Source: an uncultured delta proteobacterium
GTDB taxonomy: Bacteria; Desulfobacterota; RBG-13-43-22
Assembly: GCA_963843145.1 (NCBI GenBank)
Contig: CAWJJC010000022.1
Coordinates: forward strand, 128,001 to 192,000
DNA: 64,000 bases
Reading direction: 5' to 3'
The position numbers and the translations under genes are program-made. Shown here piece by piece: positions 51,839 to 63,977 of this stretch (positions are counted from its first letter, which is position 1; each line of letters begins with the position of its first letter). Below the pieces are notes generated by a model. The model was given only the letters and a program-made list of their open reading frames with translations, searched no databases and was not told where the DNA came from.

Positions 51839-53065
51839 CTATGCCAAAAAATAGGATTTGATGGACACCCCTTCCTGGTTGGGGTCCAGGACGTTGGTAA
51901 TTTTCCAGCGATCCTGTTGGGTGGAGGGATCCTTTTCGTTCAATTGTACCATCCGGGCGGGGAAGTATTTATCCTCTCCCTTTTTCATTATGAGCAATAC
52001 TGTGGGCTTGAGCGCTTTTTCTCTATTGGCCGCCACCACGATACCCACTTCTGATTGATTGATCTCCACCAGGCTGCCGACCGGGTAAATTCCGAAACAC
52101 TTGATGAAATTTTCCAGCAAACTCCGGTCGAAATCCCGGGGACTCCATTCGAACATGCGCTTTACCGCCTCATGGGGCAGGACTCCCCTTCGATACACCC
52201 GATCACTGGTGATAGCATCGTACACATCCACAATCGTGGCTATTTGGCCGAATAGACTCAACTGTTCTCCTCGAAGCCCCTTGAGATACCCATGACCCCC
52301 ATAGCGTTCGTGATGCTGGCCGACCATCTGGACCCCTTTGGGTGGGAAGTGGGGGATGCGGCCTAAAATTTCAGTCCCATAGCGAACATGATTTTTCATC
52401 TGATGGAACTCACCGTCAGTCAGCCGGGCCGGTTTATTTAAGATCTCCAGTGGAATCTTCATCTTGCCGATATCATGAAGCAATCCTCCGATACCCAAAA
52501 TATGGAGGGCCTCCCGGGGAAGGACCAGGCTCCGGCCGAAAGCTACCGACAGGATGCTGACATTTAAGGAGTGTAGGGCGGTATATTCATCTTTGTTCTT
52601 GATTTGGGCTAAGCAAACCAGGGCATCCCGATTGCGGATCACACTGTCGATAATATTCTCCACGGCTTCTTTGGCCCCTGAAGAATCAATACTTTTTCCC
52701 AGACGGGCGTCTTCCAGGATCTGATCCACCACCTGTTTGGTCTGGTCGCGAACCTCGCGGGCCAGAGAAAACTCTTTATCCCATGAGACTTGACTGGATA
52801 AAACGGCGGTGGTCGGTTCCTTTTTCTCCAGGATCTGCTGAAGCATTCCCGGGCCCACCTCTTTAATCGGGAGGGAATGGTCGGTGTCTTTTCCCTTGTC
52901 CGTATCAATATAGACGTAACGGCAGTACGCTTTCATTTGAGAGAGCTGTTGGGGGGATTTGATAAGGACCCTGTGAAAAAAGAAGGGAGTGTCCAACCAG
53001 GATCGGTCCAGTTGGGTTACAAACATACCCAGGGTGAGATCGGAGGTGCTGATTTTTTTTATCAT
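51839..53065 (-). CDS. HD-GYP phosphodiesterase with N-terminal DUF3391-like domain
   Basis: DLTLGMFV, YTALHS, LHDIGK, HHERYGGHGYLKGL, DVYDAITSDRVY. Confidence 0.9.
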   Translation of the reverse strand: MIKKISTSDLTLGMFVTQLDRSWLDTPFFFHRVLIKSPQQLSQMKAYCRYVYIDTDKGKDTDHSLPIKEVGPGMLQQILEKKEPTTAVLSSQVSWDKEFSLAREVRDQTKQVVDQILEDARLGKSIDSSGAKEAVENIIDSVIRNRDALVCLAQIKNKDEYTALHSLNVSILSVAFGRSLVLPREALHILGIGGLLHDIGKMKIPLEILNKPARLTDGEFHQMKNHVRYGTEILGRIPHFPPKGVQMVGQHHERYGGHGYLKGLRGEQLSLFGQIATIVDVYDAITSDRVYRRGVLPHEAVKRMFEWSPRDFDRSLLENFIKCFGIYPVGSLVEINQSEVGIVVAANREKALKPTVLLIMKKGEDKYFPARMVQLNEKDPSTQQDRWKITNVLDPNQEGVSIKSYFLA

Positions 53066-53323
53066 CCGATTCCCGGCACGTCCTGATTGGCGATCGAGGT
53101 TTATCCCCGGATAAAAAGATTTGTTCTTCAGCGGACGTTTTTAATAAAAAAAAATTATTATCTTCCGATAACCCTTAAGAGAGGTTGCCTTTCTACCCGA
53201 TCGGTCGGTCTTGAACCTTTGGCAGGCAGGGGAATTCTTTTTCGTCATCCTGAACGGCTGTAAGAACTAAAGTAACTTTATCATACAAAAATATGACCGC
53301 TTCCTGCAAGGAAAATTAAACTC

Positions 53324-55006
53324 ATGATGGACTCAGAAAAAAAAAGCAGGATCTTGCATCAAATCGCCTCCAATGATTTTTTGCCTTCTCTTTCTCCTTT
53401 AACCATTCAACTGATCGAGGCGGCCTCGGACGAACGGACTTCGGTTCTGGATTTAAACCGCATTATCGAGCAGGACCCGGGTCTGACCACCCGCCTGTTG
53501 AAAATGGTCAATAGCGCCTATTTTGGACGAAGAAACAAGATTTCTTCCATTTCCCATGCCATTATCATGGCCGGATTCAAACGGGTCCGATTGATGGCCC
53601 TTAATATTTCGCTCCGCGACACCTTCCCTCTGGGGCGGGTCGGAGGAATGGATTACGACCTTTTCTGGAAAACATCTCTTTATCGGGCACTGATTGCCCA
53701 GGGTTTTTCCCAAGCCAGCCTTTGGGCCGAAGAATTGGACCCGGAAGAGATCTTCACGGCCGGGCTAATACTGGAAATCGGGATGCTGTTATTATTCCCC
53801 GTTTGCCCAAAGGGGCTAAAGGAAGACTTTCCCGGTGGGGCCATCGACCTGACGGATTTAATCGCGTGGGAAACCGAACATCTGGGGATAAATCATCGTG
53901 AAGTGGGACGGATTATCCTGCAACGCTGGCATTTCCCTGATCAAATTATTGAAAGTCAGAAATACTTCGGCCCGGAGGCGCTTCAGGGCGACCGTTCGCC
54001 CCTAGTCAGAATTTTAGAATTTTCACGGATCTGCACCCATATCTTCTTCGGGCCCCAAGATGATTTTCAATTATTGGACCGCTTAGCCCCGGACCAGGGC
54101 TTGAGTCTGGAGAGAATAAATGAAATTTTGGTGACGACTTTTTCTCAGGTTGAAGAGGTTGCCGGCCAACTCCGCCTAATGATCAACTCCCAGGATGATC
54201 TGTTGATAGTCATGGAAAAGGCCAACCGGACTCTGGCCAGGATAAATGGTTCTTTGGAATCCAGCTTTATCAAGGTTTTCAACCTCATTTCCGATTTGGA
54301 ACAGTCCACTGTCCAGGAACCCACCGAAGAACTGGAGGAAAAAAACAAACTGCTGGAAAACACGCTGGAAGCCGTGGTTCACGAAATCCGAAACCCCCTC
54401 ATGGCCATCGGGGGGTTTGCCCACCGTTTAGCCAAAAATGTTGAGCAGCGTGGCGATGTGATTGAATATGTTCAGTTAATCACTAATGAAGCCCTCCGTC
54501 TGGAAAAAGTCCTCAAGGACCTGGTAGCCTATTCCCAAATCTACAAGCCTTTTATCATTACCCGCGACCTAACCCAGGTGGTGGAAAAAGTGCTGGCCGG
54601 CGAACAGGATCGCCTGACTGAAAAAGATATTCATTTGATCCGCCTTTATCGGTCCACTTCGATTCTAATTCCCCTGGACGAAGCGGAAATTTCCAAGGCC
54701 TTGCAGTGCCTCCTGGAAACCGAAATCCAAATCCTGGGGAAAATGGATCGGGAACTTTGGGTCGGCCTGGAGGAGATTCGGGAGAACAGAGAAATCCGGA
54801 TCAGTTTCAGTACGAAATCCGGCCAGTTTCCCGAGGAATTGCGCCACACCCTCTTAGGCAGGGATTTCTCCGGTAAGGCCTTCGGCCTAGGCCTGGCACT
54901 GTCTCTAGCCCGAAAAATCATTATCGCCCATGGGGGCCGGCTGGAACTAACCCAGGAAAACGACCTGAACACCCTTTCCGTTTTCTTGCCGGCCTCTATC
55001 GGCTGA
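53324..55006 (+). CDS. HDOD domain + histidine-kinase-like protein with degenerate ATPase domain
   Basis: LPSLSP, DPGLTTRLLKMVNSAYFG (HDOD), HEIRNPL H-box, GLGL; N and G1 boxes not recognisable. Confidence 0.82.
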   Translation: MMDSEKKSRILHQIASNDFLPSLSPLTIQLIEAASDERTSVLDLNRIIEQDPGLTTRLLKMVNSAYFGRRNKISSISHAIIMAGFKRVRLMALNISLRDTFPLGRVGGMDYDLFWKTSLYRALIAQGFSQASLWAEELDPEEIFTAGLILEIGMLLLFPVCPKGLKEDFPGGAIDLTDLIAWETEHLGINHREVGRIILQRWHFPDQIIESQKYFGPEALQGDRSPLVRILEFSRICTHIFFGPQDDFQLLDRLAPDQGLSLERINEILVTTFSQVEEVAGQLRLMINSQDDLLIVMEKANRTLARINGSLESSFIKVFNLISDLEQSTVQEPTEELEEKNKLLENTLEAVVHEIRNPLMAIGGFAHRLAKNVEQRGDVIEYVQLITNEALRLEKVLKDLVAYSQIYKPFIITRDLTQVVEKVLAGEQDRLTEKDIHLIRLYRSTSILIPLDEAEISKALQCLLETEIQILGKMDRELWVGLEEIRENREIRISFSTKSGQFPEELRHTLLGRDFSGKAFGLGLALSLARKIIIAHGGRLELTQENDLNTLSVFLPASIG

Positions 55007-55131
55007 TAGGAAAATAATTCCTTAGTAGCCCCGCTCCCCCGGAATACCCGCTTTCCCTTCATTCACCCCCTCCTGGTTTTCTATTCAATAAAATCAAACC
55101 GTTACCATGTAAATGCCTTCTGCTCTCTCCT

Positions 55132-55146
55132 TGGCATAGTTTCTGC
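55132..55146 (+). promoter_or_regulatory. Sigma-54 promoter (TGGCATAGTTTCTGC) of motAB
   Basis: Canonical GG-N10-GC spacing, 43 nt upstream of the motA start. Confidence 0.75.
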
Positions 55147-55188
55147 TTATCATTTTAAAAAAAAGACATCGGGAAAAGGAGTCCGTCC

Positions 55189-56010
55189 ATGGTAGCCCAA
55201 GTATTCATTTCTCTAATCCTGTTGGTTTTAATTTTTTTGGCCGCCTTCAATTTGGAAGTACAGGAGTTGGGACTGGCTTCCAACTTAAATGCCCTGATGA
55301 TCGTCTTAGGCGGTACCTTGGCAGCCTCCCTGATGGCTTATCCCTGGAAAAAAATTCTTTGGACCTTCCGGCTGATGAAAAAGACTTTTACCTCTCGGGA
55401 GGAAATTGACTGGACCACCCAGACTTTGGTCAACCTGGCCCGTGTTTTTCGCAAGGGGGGGATCCGGTCTTTGGAACAGCAAGGAAACGGATTGCCCCCC
55501 GGAATGATCAAAACAGGCGTGGACTTGATAACCTATCATTATTCCAAGGATAAGATCGAGCAAATCATGCAAAAAGAGGCCGATGGTATCTACGGACAGT
55601 ATGAAGGTGGGTATAAAATCTTGAACAGCATGGCCCGCCTGGCCCCTGCTTTGGGCCTGGCGGGGACCATTGTCAACCTGATTCGAATTTTTGGACATAT
55701 CAGTGATCCCCAGGGCCTTATCGGGTACATGGCCATCGCCCTGTTAAGCACTTTTTACGGCGTGGTCCTGGCCAACCTCTGTTTTGTTCCCTTGGCCAAC
55801 AAATTGAAGGAATTTATGGATCAGGATGAATTGCGCCTGGAATTGGTCCAGGAGGGCATCCTGGATATATATGACCAGGAACACCCCAAGGCTATCCAAT
55901 ATAAACTGGAGACCCTGGCGGGGAACCTGTCAGCGCCTCAACGATCTTCCTTGAAACCTAAAATTGTATTGCTATCTCCCTATGACCAGCCCAGAGGGGC
56001 CCGGGTATGA
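55189..56010 (+). CDS. motA: Flagellar stator A subunit (MotA/PomA family)
   Basis: IVLGGTLAA, RKGGIRSLE, APALGLAGT, ALLSTFYGVVLAN..PLA.K. Confidence 0.88.
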   Translation: MVAQVFISLILLVLIFLAAFNLEVQELGLASNLNALMIVLGGTLAASLMAYPWKKILWTFRLMKKTFTSREEIDWTTQTLVNLARVFRKGGIRSLEQQGNGLPPGMIKTGVDLITYHYSKDKIEQIMQKEADGIYGQYEGGYKILNSMARLAPALGLAGTIVNLIRIFGHISDPQGLIGYMAIALLSTFYGVVLANLCFVPLANKLKEFMDQDELRLELVQEGILDIYDQEHPKAIQYKLETLAGNLSAPQRSSLKPKIVLLSPYDQPRGARV

Positions 56011-56804
56011 ATCCCGTCCAACCCGACTATCAAATTCCATCTCAAGAATTCGAGCCCCTCCCGGTAAAGAAGAGCCGGACTCCCCCCAGATCCAGAAGGC
56101 CGGCTTCTGGAGACAATGCCAATGAAATCTGGTTCTTAACCCTGAGCGATCTGCTTTTACTCCTGGTGATATTTTTTGTCCTCCTTTTCGGCCTGACCTG
56201 GAAGCAGCAAAGCCGGCAGACGTCCATCAAGCCCATTATAGCGCAATCGGCGTCCTTTCCGATCCCAGCCCCCCCAACCCAACAACCCGAGGCCTCGCAA
56301 CCCGATCCGCGCATAGCCGGCCTTTCAGGACAAAAAGAAGTCCCGGAAAATATGGAACAGGCATTATCCAGCTCTTTGGGACTGAAACCGGAGGAGCAGG
56401 GGGTCACCATCGAACGCAGGGGACCCAAATTGATCTTGACCTTCCCGGAACAAATCGCCTTTGATACCGGACAGGCCGACCTCAAACCCTCGGCCGAACC
56501 GATCCTGGAAAAAGTGGGGGCCTTCATCCAAAACCGACCCGAAATGCTGGTGGAAATCCATGGCCACACCGACGACCGTCCTATCCGAACCCCGCGTTAT
56601 CCATCCAACTGGGAGCTTTCTGCCGATCGGGCGACCCAAGTGGCCAAGTCCCTGATCCGACGAGGGATCAATCCGGCTCAGGTGTCCGTGAAGGGATTTG
56701 GAGAGCACCGGCCTATAGTCCCTAACGATTCGGAAATGAATCGACTTAAGAATCGGCGGGTGGAAATCCATTTTACTATTCGCGATAACGGGCCTCAAAC
56801 TTAG
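56007..56804 (+). CDS. motB: Flagellar stator B subunit (OmpA-like domain)
   Basis: WFLTLSDLLLLL TM with conserved Asp; FDTGQA, GHTDD, SNWELSADRA, NRRVEI. Confidence 0.9.
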   Translation: MNPVQPDYQIPSQEFEPLPVKKSRTPPRSRRPASGDNANEIWFLTLSDLLLLLVIFFVLLFGLTWKQQSRQTSIKPIIAQSASFPIPAPPTQQPEASQPDPRIAGLSGQKEVPENMEQALSSSLGLKPEEQGVTIERRGPKLILTFPEQIAFDTGQADLKPSAEPILEKVGAFIQNRPEMLVEIHGHTDDRPIRTPRYPSNWELSADRATQVAKSLIRRGINPAQVSVKGFGEHRPIVPNDSEMNRLKNRRVEIHFTIRDNGPQT

Positions 56805-57030
56805 GATGTGAAGAAATCCGAATTCTCATACTTTGCCGTTGCCTGCCCCCCGGGGGGTTTAGAACCCGACTTCCTTCACTTCTTATATTTAAAGCCCGGA
56901 ATATTTTTCTCCGATACCTAAATTATAGCTGATTTGAATTCCGAACTTATGAATAAACAAATCCTGTTATTATTGAAAAAACGAAAAACCTCTTTACCCC
57001 CAGCACGACCTGGATCAAGGAGAGACCCGC

Positions 57031-58656
57031 ATGTTGAAACGTTTTAATCTTTCCACCCGTATCTTTTTGTTGGGGATCGTTATCATTGTAGCGTTTACGT
57101 CTATTTTTTTCTGGCTTTATCCGAGGTTTAAACAAAAATTATATGACGAGAAATTCCAAAATACCCGCCACCTGGTAGAAGCCGCCTGGGGCATTCTCGA
57201 TTACTACGGAAAACAGGTTACCTCCGGCGGACTTTCCAAAGAGGAAGCCCAGAAGCAGGCCTTGCTGGTGGTCAAAAACCTCCGTTTTGAGAAGGGCGAT
57301 TATTTTTGGATCAACGATACGCAGCCCCGGATGATCATGCATCCGATTAAAACGGAATTGGACGGGAAGGATCTTAGCGACAACAAGGATCCGAATGGAA
57401 AAAGACTTTTTGTTGCTTTCGTGGATAAAGTGAAAGCGGAAGGGGCCGGTTTTGTGGATTACTACTGGCCCAAGCCCGGGAAAACGGAACCAGTTCCCAA
57501 GATATCCTATGTCAAGGGGTTCCCGGACTGGGGCTGGATTATCGGCTCGGGGATTTATATTGATGACGTGCAAACCGAAATGAACAATATTTTTTTCATG
57601 GTATTATTGGCCGCATTGGTTATAAGCGTGGGGGGGTTACTATTAGCCTACCTCATGGCCCGATCCATTTCGCGCCCTATCCAGGGGATTATCCGGGAAT
57701 TCATAAAAGGTATTGAACAGATTAGGTCAGACTCCCAACAGATTTCCTCCTCCAGTCAAATTCTAGCCGAAGGGGCTTCAGAGCAGGCCGCCGCCATTGA
57801 AGAAACCTCTTCTTCCATGGAAGAAATGTCCTCCATGACCCGGCAAAACGCCGAAAATGCCCGCCAGGCCGATACCCTCATGGGGGAAACCAACCGGGTA
57901 GTGGATGAAGCCAACCATTCCATGGGAGAATTGAACACCTCCATGAAGGAAATCACCAGGGCTAGCGAGGAAACGGCTAAGATAATCAAAACCATCGATG
58001 AAATTGCCTTCCAGACAAATCTGCTGGCCTTGAATGCCGCGGTCGAAGCGGCCCGGGCCGGGGAAGCCGGAGCCGGGTTTGCCGTAGTGGCCGACGAAGT
58101 CAGGAATTTGGCTATGCGGGCGGCCGAAGCGGCTAAAAATACCGCCACGTTGATCGAAGAGTCCGTGAAAAAGATTAAAGACGGCAGTTCGATCGTAGAT
58201 AAGACCAATCAGGCCTTTGCTCAGGTAAATACGGAATCTAAGAAAATAAAGCAATTGGTGGCGGAGATCGCCGCGGCCAGTCAGGAACAGGCCCAGGGCA
58301 TTGAGCAGATCAACAAGGCTATTTCAGAAATGGATAAGGTGGTTCAGTCAAACGCCGGCAGCGCCGAAGAATCGGCCTCCGCCTCCGAAGAAATGTATGC
58401 CCAGTCGGTGCAGATGAAAAGATTTGTCGTGGACCTGTCAACCTTAATCGAAGGCACCGGCCGTCAGGCGGCAGATGGGGTGCTGAAAGAATTAACGGTT
58501 TTTAAGGCACCACACCCTAAGAAAAGAACAAACCCTGCCTTCCCCACCAGCAGACCAAAAAAATCCAATCGACAAGAGTTGGTGGCGACTAAAGCGAAAA
58601 TTGTTCGGCCCGATGAAGTGATTCCCCTGGACAAGGGGGATTTTAAGGAGTTTTAG
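57031..58656 (+). CDS. Methyl-accepting chemotaxis protein with Cache sensor
   Basis: [22 protein letters not shown]; [34 protein letters not shown]; C-terminal DFKEF pentapeptide. Confidence 0.96.
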   Translation: MLKRFNLSTRIFLLGIVIIVAFTSIFFWLYPRFKQKLYDEKFQNTRHLVEAAWGILDYYGKQVTSGGLSKEEAQKQALLVVKNLRFEKGDYFWINDTQPRMIMHPIKTELDGKDLSDNKDPNGKRLFVAFVDKVKAEGAGFVDYYWPKPGKTEPVPKISYVKGFPDWGWIIGSGIYIDDVQTEMNNIFFMVLLAALVISVGGLLLAYLMARSISRPIQGIIREFIKGIEQIRSDSQQISSSSQILAEGASEQAAAIEETSSSMEEMSSMTRQNAENARQADTLMGETNRVVDEANHSMGELNTSMKEITRASEETAKIIKTIDEIAFQTNLLALNAAVEAARAGEAGAGFAVVADEVRNLAMRAAEAAKNTATLIEESVKKIKDGSSIVDKTNQAFAQVNTESKKIKQLVAEIAAASQEQAQGIEQINKAISEMDKVVQSNAGSAEESASASEEMYAQSVQMKRFVVDLSTLIEGTGRQAADGVLKELTVFKAPHPKKRTNPAFPTSRPKKSNRQELVATKAKIVRPDEVIPLDKGDFKEF

Positions 58657-58683
58657 AAAATAGTTTCTTTTAAAATTGGTCTC

Positions 58684-58723
58684 AATCAACCTGCCCCGGC
58701 CTAACGCCCGGGGCAGGTTGATT
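58684..58723. terminator. Bidirectional terminator
   Basis: AATCAACCTGCCCCGG...CCGGGGCAGGTTGATT perfect stem followed by Ts. Confidence 0.8.
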
Positions 58724-58769
58724 TTGGGATTGAGAAAAAGGGGAGTTGGGTTAACAACAGGCTAGCGGA

Positions 58770-59228
58770 TTATTTGAAACACAGCTCGAGATGAAACCCC
58801 CCGTTGGCTGAGTCGAAGGGAATGGAAATAATGGGATCCTTGGTCACGTGTCGTATCTCGTGCCTGGGGCCCGTAATAACCGAAGGGATGGCCCCCTGAT
58901 AGAGGATCCCGGCCGTCTCCAGCCTCCGCCGGGCATCGCCGGAAATCATATTGGTAAACTCGCCCACCGCATCTTTCACTTCCTCGGTGATCTCCGTAAA
59001 GGGCTCACCGAACATACTGCTAACAATGTGCAGGATGCACTCTTTGGAGAAGGACAGGCTTAAGGATCCTTCGCTTTCTCCGGTCATGCCCACAATCCCG
59101 GAGATGTCTCCGGTGGAAATACTCCCTTTTTTGAGAAAGGGTTTGCCCGGTGCCAGGTCCACGGAAGACATTGTTTTAATCACCGAAACCGTAGCTTCCA
59201 AAAAAGAATTTATTATTTCAACTTTCAT
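58770..59228 (-). CDS. cheX: Chemotaxis phosphatase CheX
   Basis: INSFLEAT, DISGIVGMTG, DAVGEFTNMISG, IPSVITG. Confidence 0.9.
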   Translation of the reverse strand: MKVEIINSFLEATVSVIKTMSSVDLAPGKPFLKKGSISTGDISGIVGMTGESEGSLSLSFSKECILHIVSSMFGEPFTEITEEVKDAVGEFTNMISGDARRRLETAGILYQGAIPSVITGPRHEIRHVTKDPIISIPFDSANGGFHLELCFK

Positions 59229-59285
59229 AGTCTCTGATTCCTTTCAATGACTAGCCGCTAACATTTTTTAGAGGGAATAAAACCG

Positions 59286-60002
59286 TCAACCGACTTTTAT
59301 TTTTTGTATCCCCAGACGTTGTTGTTCAAAGATCAACCGTTCCAGTTGGGAGCGGCTCGATCCCGGCATCTGTAAAAATTCCAAAGCACCCTGAATGGTG
59401 TGCGGGGGAAAATCAGCAATCCGCCGAATTTCAGCCGAAGGAATAGGGATGGTTAGGAGTTCCTCTCCCAGAGGGAAGAGTAAGGCATTATCCTGCAACG
59501 TAACATCGACCGCCAGTTCCTTAAACCACTGTTCTCCTAGTTCCTTATAAAAAGCTACCCCACCCGTGCTGTAATCTTTGACCCGGGCTTTATATTCTTG
59601 ATGAAGCAAGTCTCGGACCAAAATTTCCATCCCCAGCGAGGCCTTGACCCGGAAAAAGGCGCGCCGTTGCACCCGGTTGATCATCCGGGGCAGTTCCACC
59701 CAGATTTCCTTGGGCTGCAAGAAGTGGACTTCGGTGGAAAAATGGAAGGGGACACGGGTTCGATCAAAAAACGAGAAGGCAATGGTTTGATTTCTGGATA
59801 AACGCAAGGCTTGATCAAACCCGGCTACCTGGTCGATGATCAGCCATGGCCCCCCCGGACCGGTCTCAAATCCCAGAAAGAGGGTAATCCAGGAAAATTC
59901 CGTTTGGGGGATCTCCATCCGGACTCGTTGCCGTGATTTGATGGCGGACTGGAGTATCAGGGGGATGTCCCCACCCTGGAGAAGTTGTGCCGGTTGTTCC
60001 AT
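59286..60002 (-). CDS. PilZ-domain flagellar brake-like protein (YcgR-like)
   Basis: QRRAFFR (RxxxR) and DYSTGG (DxSxxG). Confidence 0.82.
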   Translation of the reverse strand: MEQPAQLLQGGDIPLILQSAIKSRQRVRMEIPQTEFSWITLFLGFETGPGGPWLIIDQVAGFDQALRLSRNQTIAFSFFDRTRVPFHFSTEVHFLQPKEIWVELPRMINRVQRRAFFRVKASLGMEILVRDLLHQEYKARVKDYSTGGVAFYKELGEQWFKELAVDVTLQDNALLFPLGEELLTIPIPSAEIRRIADFPPHTIQGALEFLQMPGSSRSQLERLIFEQQRLGIQKIKVG

Positions 60003-60031
60003 TGAATCGGTTCTTCCCTCAGACCCTAACC

Positions 60032-60400
60032 CTATTCGGGATCAAAGGGGTAATGAATAATTTCGGCATCGATCGCCTCGGGGTTCCCCGTATTATAGTA
60101 AAGAAGGTTTTTCAGATGGACAAAGGAGGTCGGGTCCATTTCCAGAAAGCGGACACCGATTCCTGTCTCGTCTGCCCGGGCTACCACTCCCTTAATACTC
60201 AAGGTGAGGGGGTGATTCCCTAGGCCCAGGGCGATCTTTACTTCCCCGGTCGCACCCTTCTCCGGTCGGAGAGCGGTAACAAAATAGACGCCCGTTAAGC
60301 TGAGATCTTTTGAATCGGAAGAGAGCAGCTCCTCCCCTTGAATGATGAATCGGACTCGGGTATGGAAAGGCACTCGAGTTCGGCGGCGGCGGTTGTTCAT
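60032..60400 (-). CDS. Single-domain PilZ protein
   Basis: RRRRTR, DLSLTG, GVVAR...GIGVRF. Confidence 0.87.
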   Translation of the reverse strand: MNNRRRRTRVPFHTRVRFIIQGEELLSSDSKDLSLTGVYFVTALRPEKGATGEVKIALGLGNHPLTLSIKGVVARADETGIGVRFLEMDPTSFVHLKNLLYYNTGNPEAIDAEIIHYPFDPE

Positions 60401-61194
60401 CCGGCGGTCCTTGGTTCAGGCCGGGGGTGCGATCCTCCTGGCCTGGGCTCAGCGGCTTTGAGTATTGCAGGGGGTTGACCGTCGGTTAGGGTATTCAGAA
60501 ATTCCCGGGCCTCCTTGAAATCCTCTTTCAAGGTCAAGGCCTTGGTCATTTGTTCTATGGATTCCTCCCGGTCCTTTTTTTCGTAATAGGCCCGTCCCAG
60601 ATTATAGTAGAGCACCGGATCTTCCGGATCGATGGCGATGGCCTTGACATAGTTGGAGACGGCCTCGTCATGAAGATTGCGCTTGCGCAATTCGATACCG
60701 AATTCATTGAAAATGTGTTTGTTCTCGTTTTCATACAAGTCATCCATTTGGGATAGTTGGTCGAAAATTTCCTTGGCCTCCTTTTTTTCTCCCCTGGCAT
60801 AGAGGCTTTTCCCTTTGCCCAGATTGGCCTTCAGATCTTTTTCATTCAACGCCAGCGCCTTATTGAATTCTCGTTCGGCGCTGAAAAATTGTCGGTGATC
60901 GTAGTGCTCTTCTCCCAATTCCACATATTTTTCCGCCAATTGGGCTTTCGGGTCCTTTTTATTTTTGAAGTATTCGGGACAGGGAGTGTAGTCCTGGTCC
61001 AGTTCCTCCCGGGTGATCAGGGTCGCTTCTCCGAAGGGTTGATCGCTGATGTTCAACATACGAATGGACACCATATTTTCCTCGTCGGCCTCCTCGACTT
61101 GAAAATAGTTTTCAATGGTTGTGTCTCGGGAAGTGGATCCAAACCCCAGCCTGATTATTTCCTGCTTCAAAAAAATTCTTCTATTTTGTTCCAT
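60397..61194 (-). CDS. TPR repeat protein
   Basis: FSAEREFNKAL, HIFNEFGIELRK, YYNLGRAY. Confidence 0.85.
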   Translation of the reverse strand: MEQNRRIFLKQEIIRLGFGSTSRDTTIENYFQVEEADEENMVSIRMLNISDQPFGEATLITREELDQDYTPCPEYFKNKKDPKAQLAEKYVELGEEHYDHRQFFSAEREFNKALALNEKDLKANLGKGKSLYARGEKKEAKEIFDQLSQMDDLYENENKHIFNEFGIELRKRNLHDEAVSNYVKAIAIDPEDPVLYYNLGRAYYEKKDREESIEQMTKALTLKEDFKEAREFLNTLTDGQPPAILKAAEPRPGGSHPRPEPRTAG

Positions 61195-61213
61195 TAGCGC
61201 TCCCTGCGCTTAT

Positions 61214-61264
61214 AGGGAATATTTGCGAAACCGTCATCATTTGACGGATTCGCAAATATTCCCT
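61214..61264. repeat. Near-perfect 51-nt palindrome between fliL and the TPR gene
   Basis: AGGGAATATTTGCGAA-A-CCGTCA-TCATT-TGACGG-A-TTCGCAAATATTCCCT. Confidence 0.75.
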
Positions 61265-61871
61265 TATTGGTAAAGAAATTCATCAAAATATAACTTCTTG
61301 ATCTCCCGGGAAGGCAAGCGCTGGTTCAGCCGGCCTAATAATTCTCTTTTAAGTTTTTCCCGGTATTCGGGGTTCATCAGATCCGTCAGTTGCTGGTCAC
61401 CCAAGGTCAGAATTACCGTATCCGTAAGGGGCGCAGTCCGCTCCTTAATTTTTTCCAGATCGTCCGCTTTCACCAGTTCCAGGACAACCGCCACCTTGAC
61501 AAAATGAAATCCTGAGGGTTCATTTAGATTGATGACCAGGGAACTCAATTTTAAAGTCGGCCCCATTTCCGGCGGCTTTTCCGGAGGTTTGGCGGCCATC
61601 CTGGTCTCCCCTTTATTCCCCGGAGCTTCCAGATTCGGACTGCTGATTTGAATCCAGCCCAGCAACATGGCCCCCATGATTCCCCCGCTAATAATCAACA
61701 TGCCGGCCAAGATATAGATAACAACAGAGAAACGCTTCAGCCACCCGGAAGACTTCCCGCTGGAAACATCCGCTGATTGGCGCTCGCCTTCGGTCCCCCC
61801 TCGGCCGACCGACTCCTGGCTGGGATCAATCTCCAATAGGTCTATTTCGGTTTTCTTATTGCCTTTGGCCA

Positions 61872-61872
<1 letters not shown>
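61264..61872 (-). CDS. fliL: Flagellar basal body-associated protein FliL
   Basis: One TM, LVINLNE, HFVKVAVVLE, LKRELL..LN, IKKLYFDEFLYQ. Confidence 0.88.
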
Positions 61873-63463
<1,591 letters not shown>

Positions 63464-63500
63464 TTTTTCCCCTGTCCATCAATTAAGTCCAGGAGGAAGG

Positions 63501-63977
63501 TTAGTCCTCCATTAGGATTTCTAACCGGATCATTTGGTCTTCAGCTAAGAAATCCAACTGGAGCCACTTCGGCGACGTCCCCGGGTCGGCCGAATCTCTG
63601 AACCCAATGACTTCGGTCTCAGGAATGGTCAAGGCATATCCGTAGGCTCGATCGTACCGGGAAAAGAGATTACCGCATATCATGTTGGTTAATTCTTTTG
63701 TCATATCGATCACCTGCTGCTCGGAAGCCTCTTCCTCCAACCCCAGAAAATTGGTGGTCAGATCCCGAGCCAAGGGAATGGGCAGAAAAAGCCGCAGATG
63801 TCCCCGCAGCTTACCCTTAAAGCCGAGCCGGCATTTAAGCCAGTGTTCATTTTGGGACCAGGGGTTGCCAGCGGAATCGCCCAAGTCCGGGGTGTACGGC
63901 TCCAGAAAAACAAAAAACATGGTCTCGAATACATGGCCAAGGGCCTCGACCGCCGCCGCCTGTAGTTCATTTTCCAT
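63501..63977 (-). CDS. CheX-like protein
   Basis: VFETMFF, NFLG, DMTKELTNMICGN (ExxN). Confidence 0.78.
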   Translation of the reverse strand: MENELQAAAVEALGHVFETMFFVFLEPYTPDLGDSAGNPWSQNEHWLKCRLGFKGKLRGHLRLFLPIPLARDLTTNFLGLEEEASEQQVIDMTKELTNMICGNLFSRYDRAYGYALTIPETEVIGFRDSADPGTSPKWLQLDFLAEDQMIRLEILMED

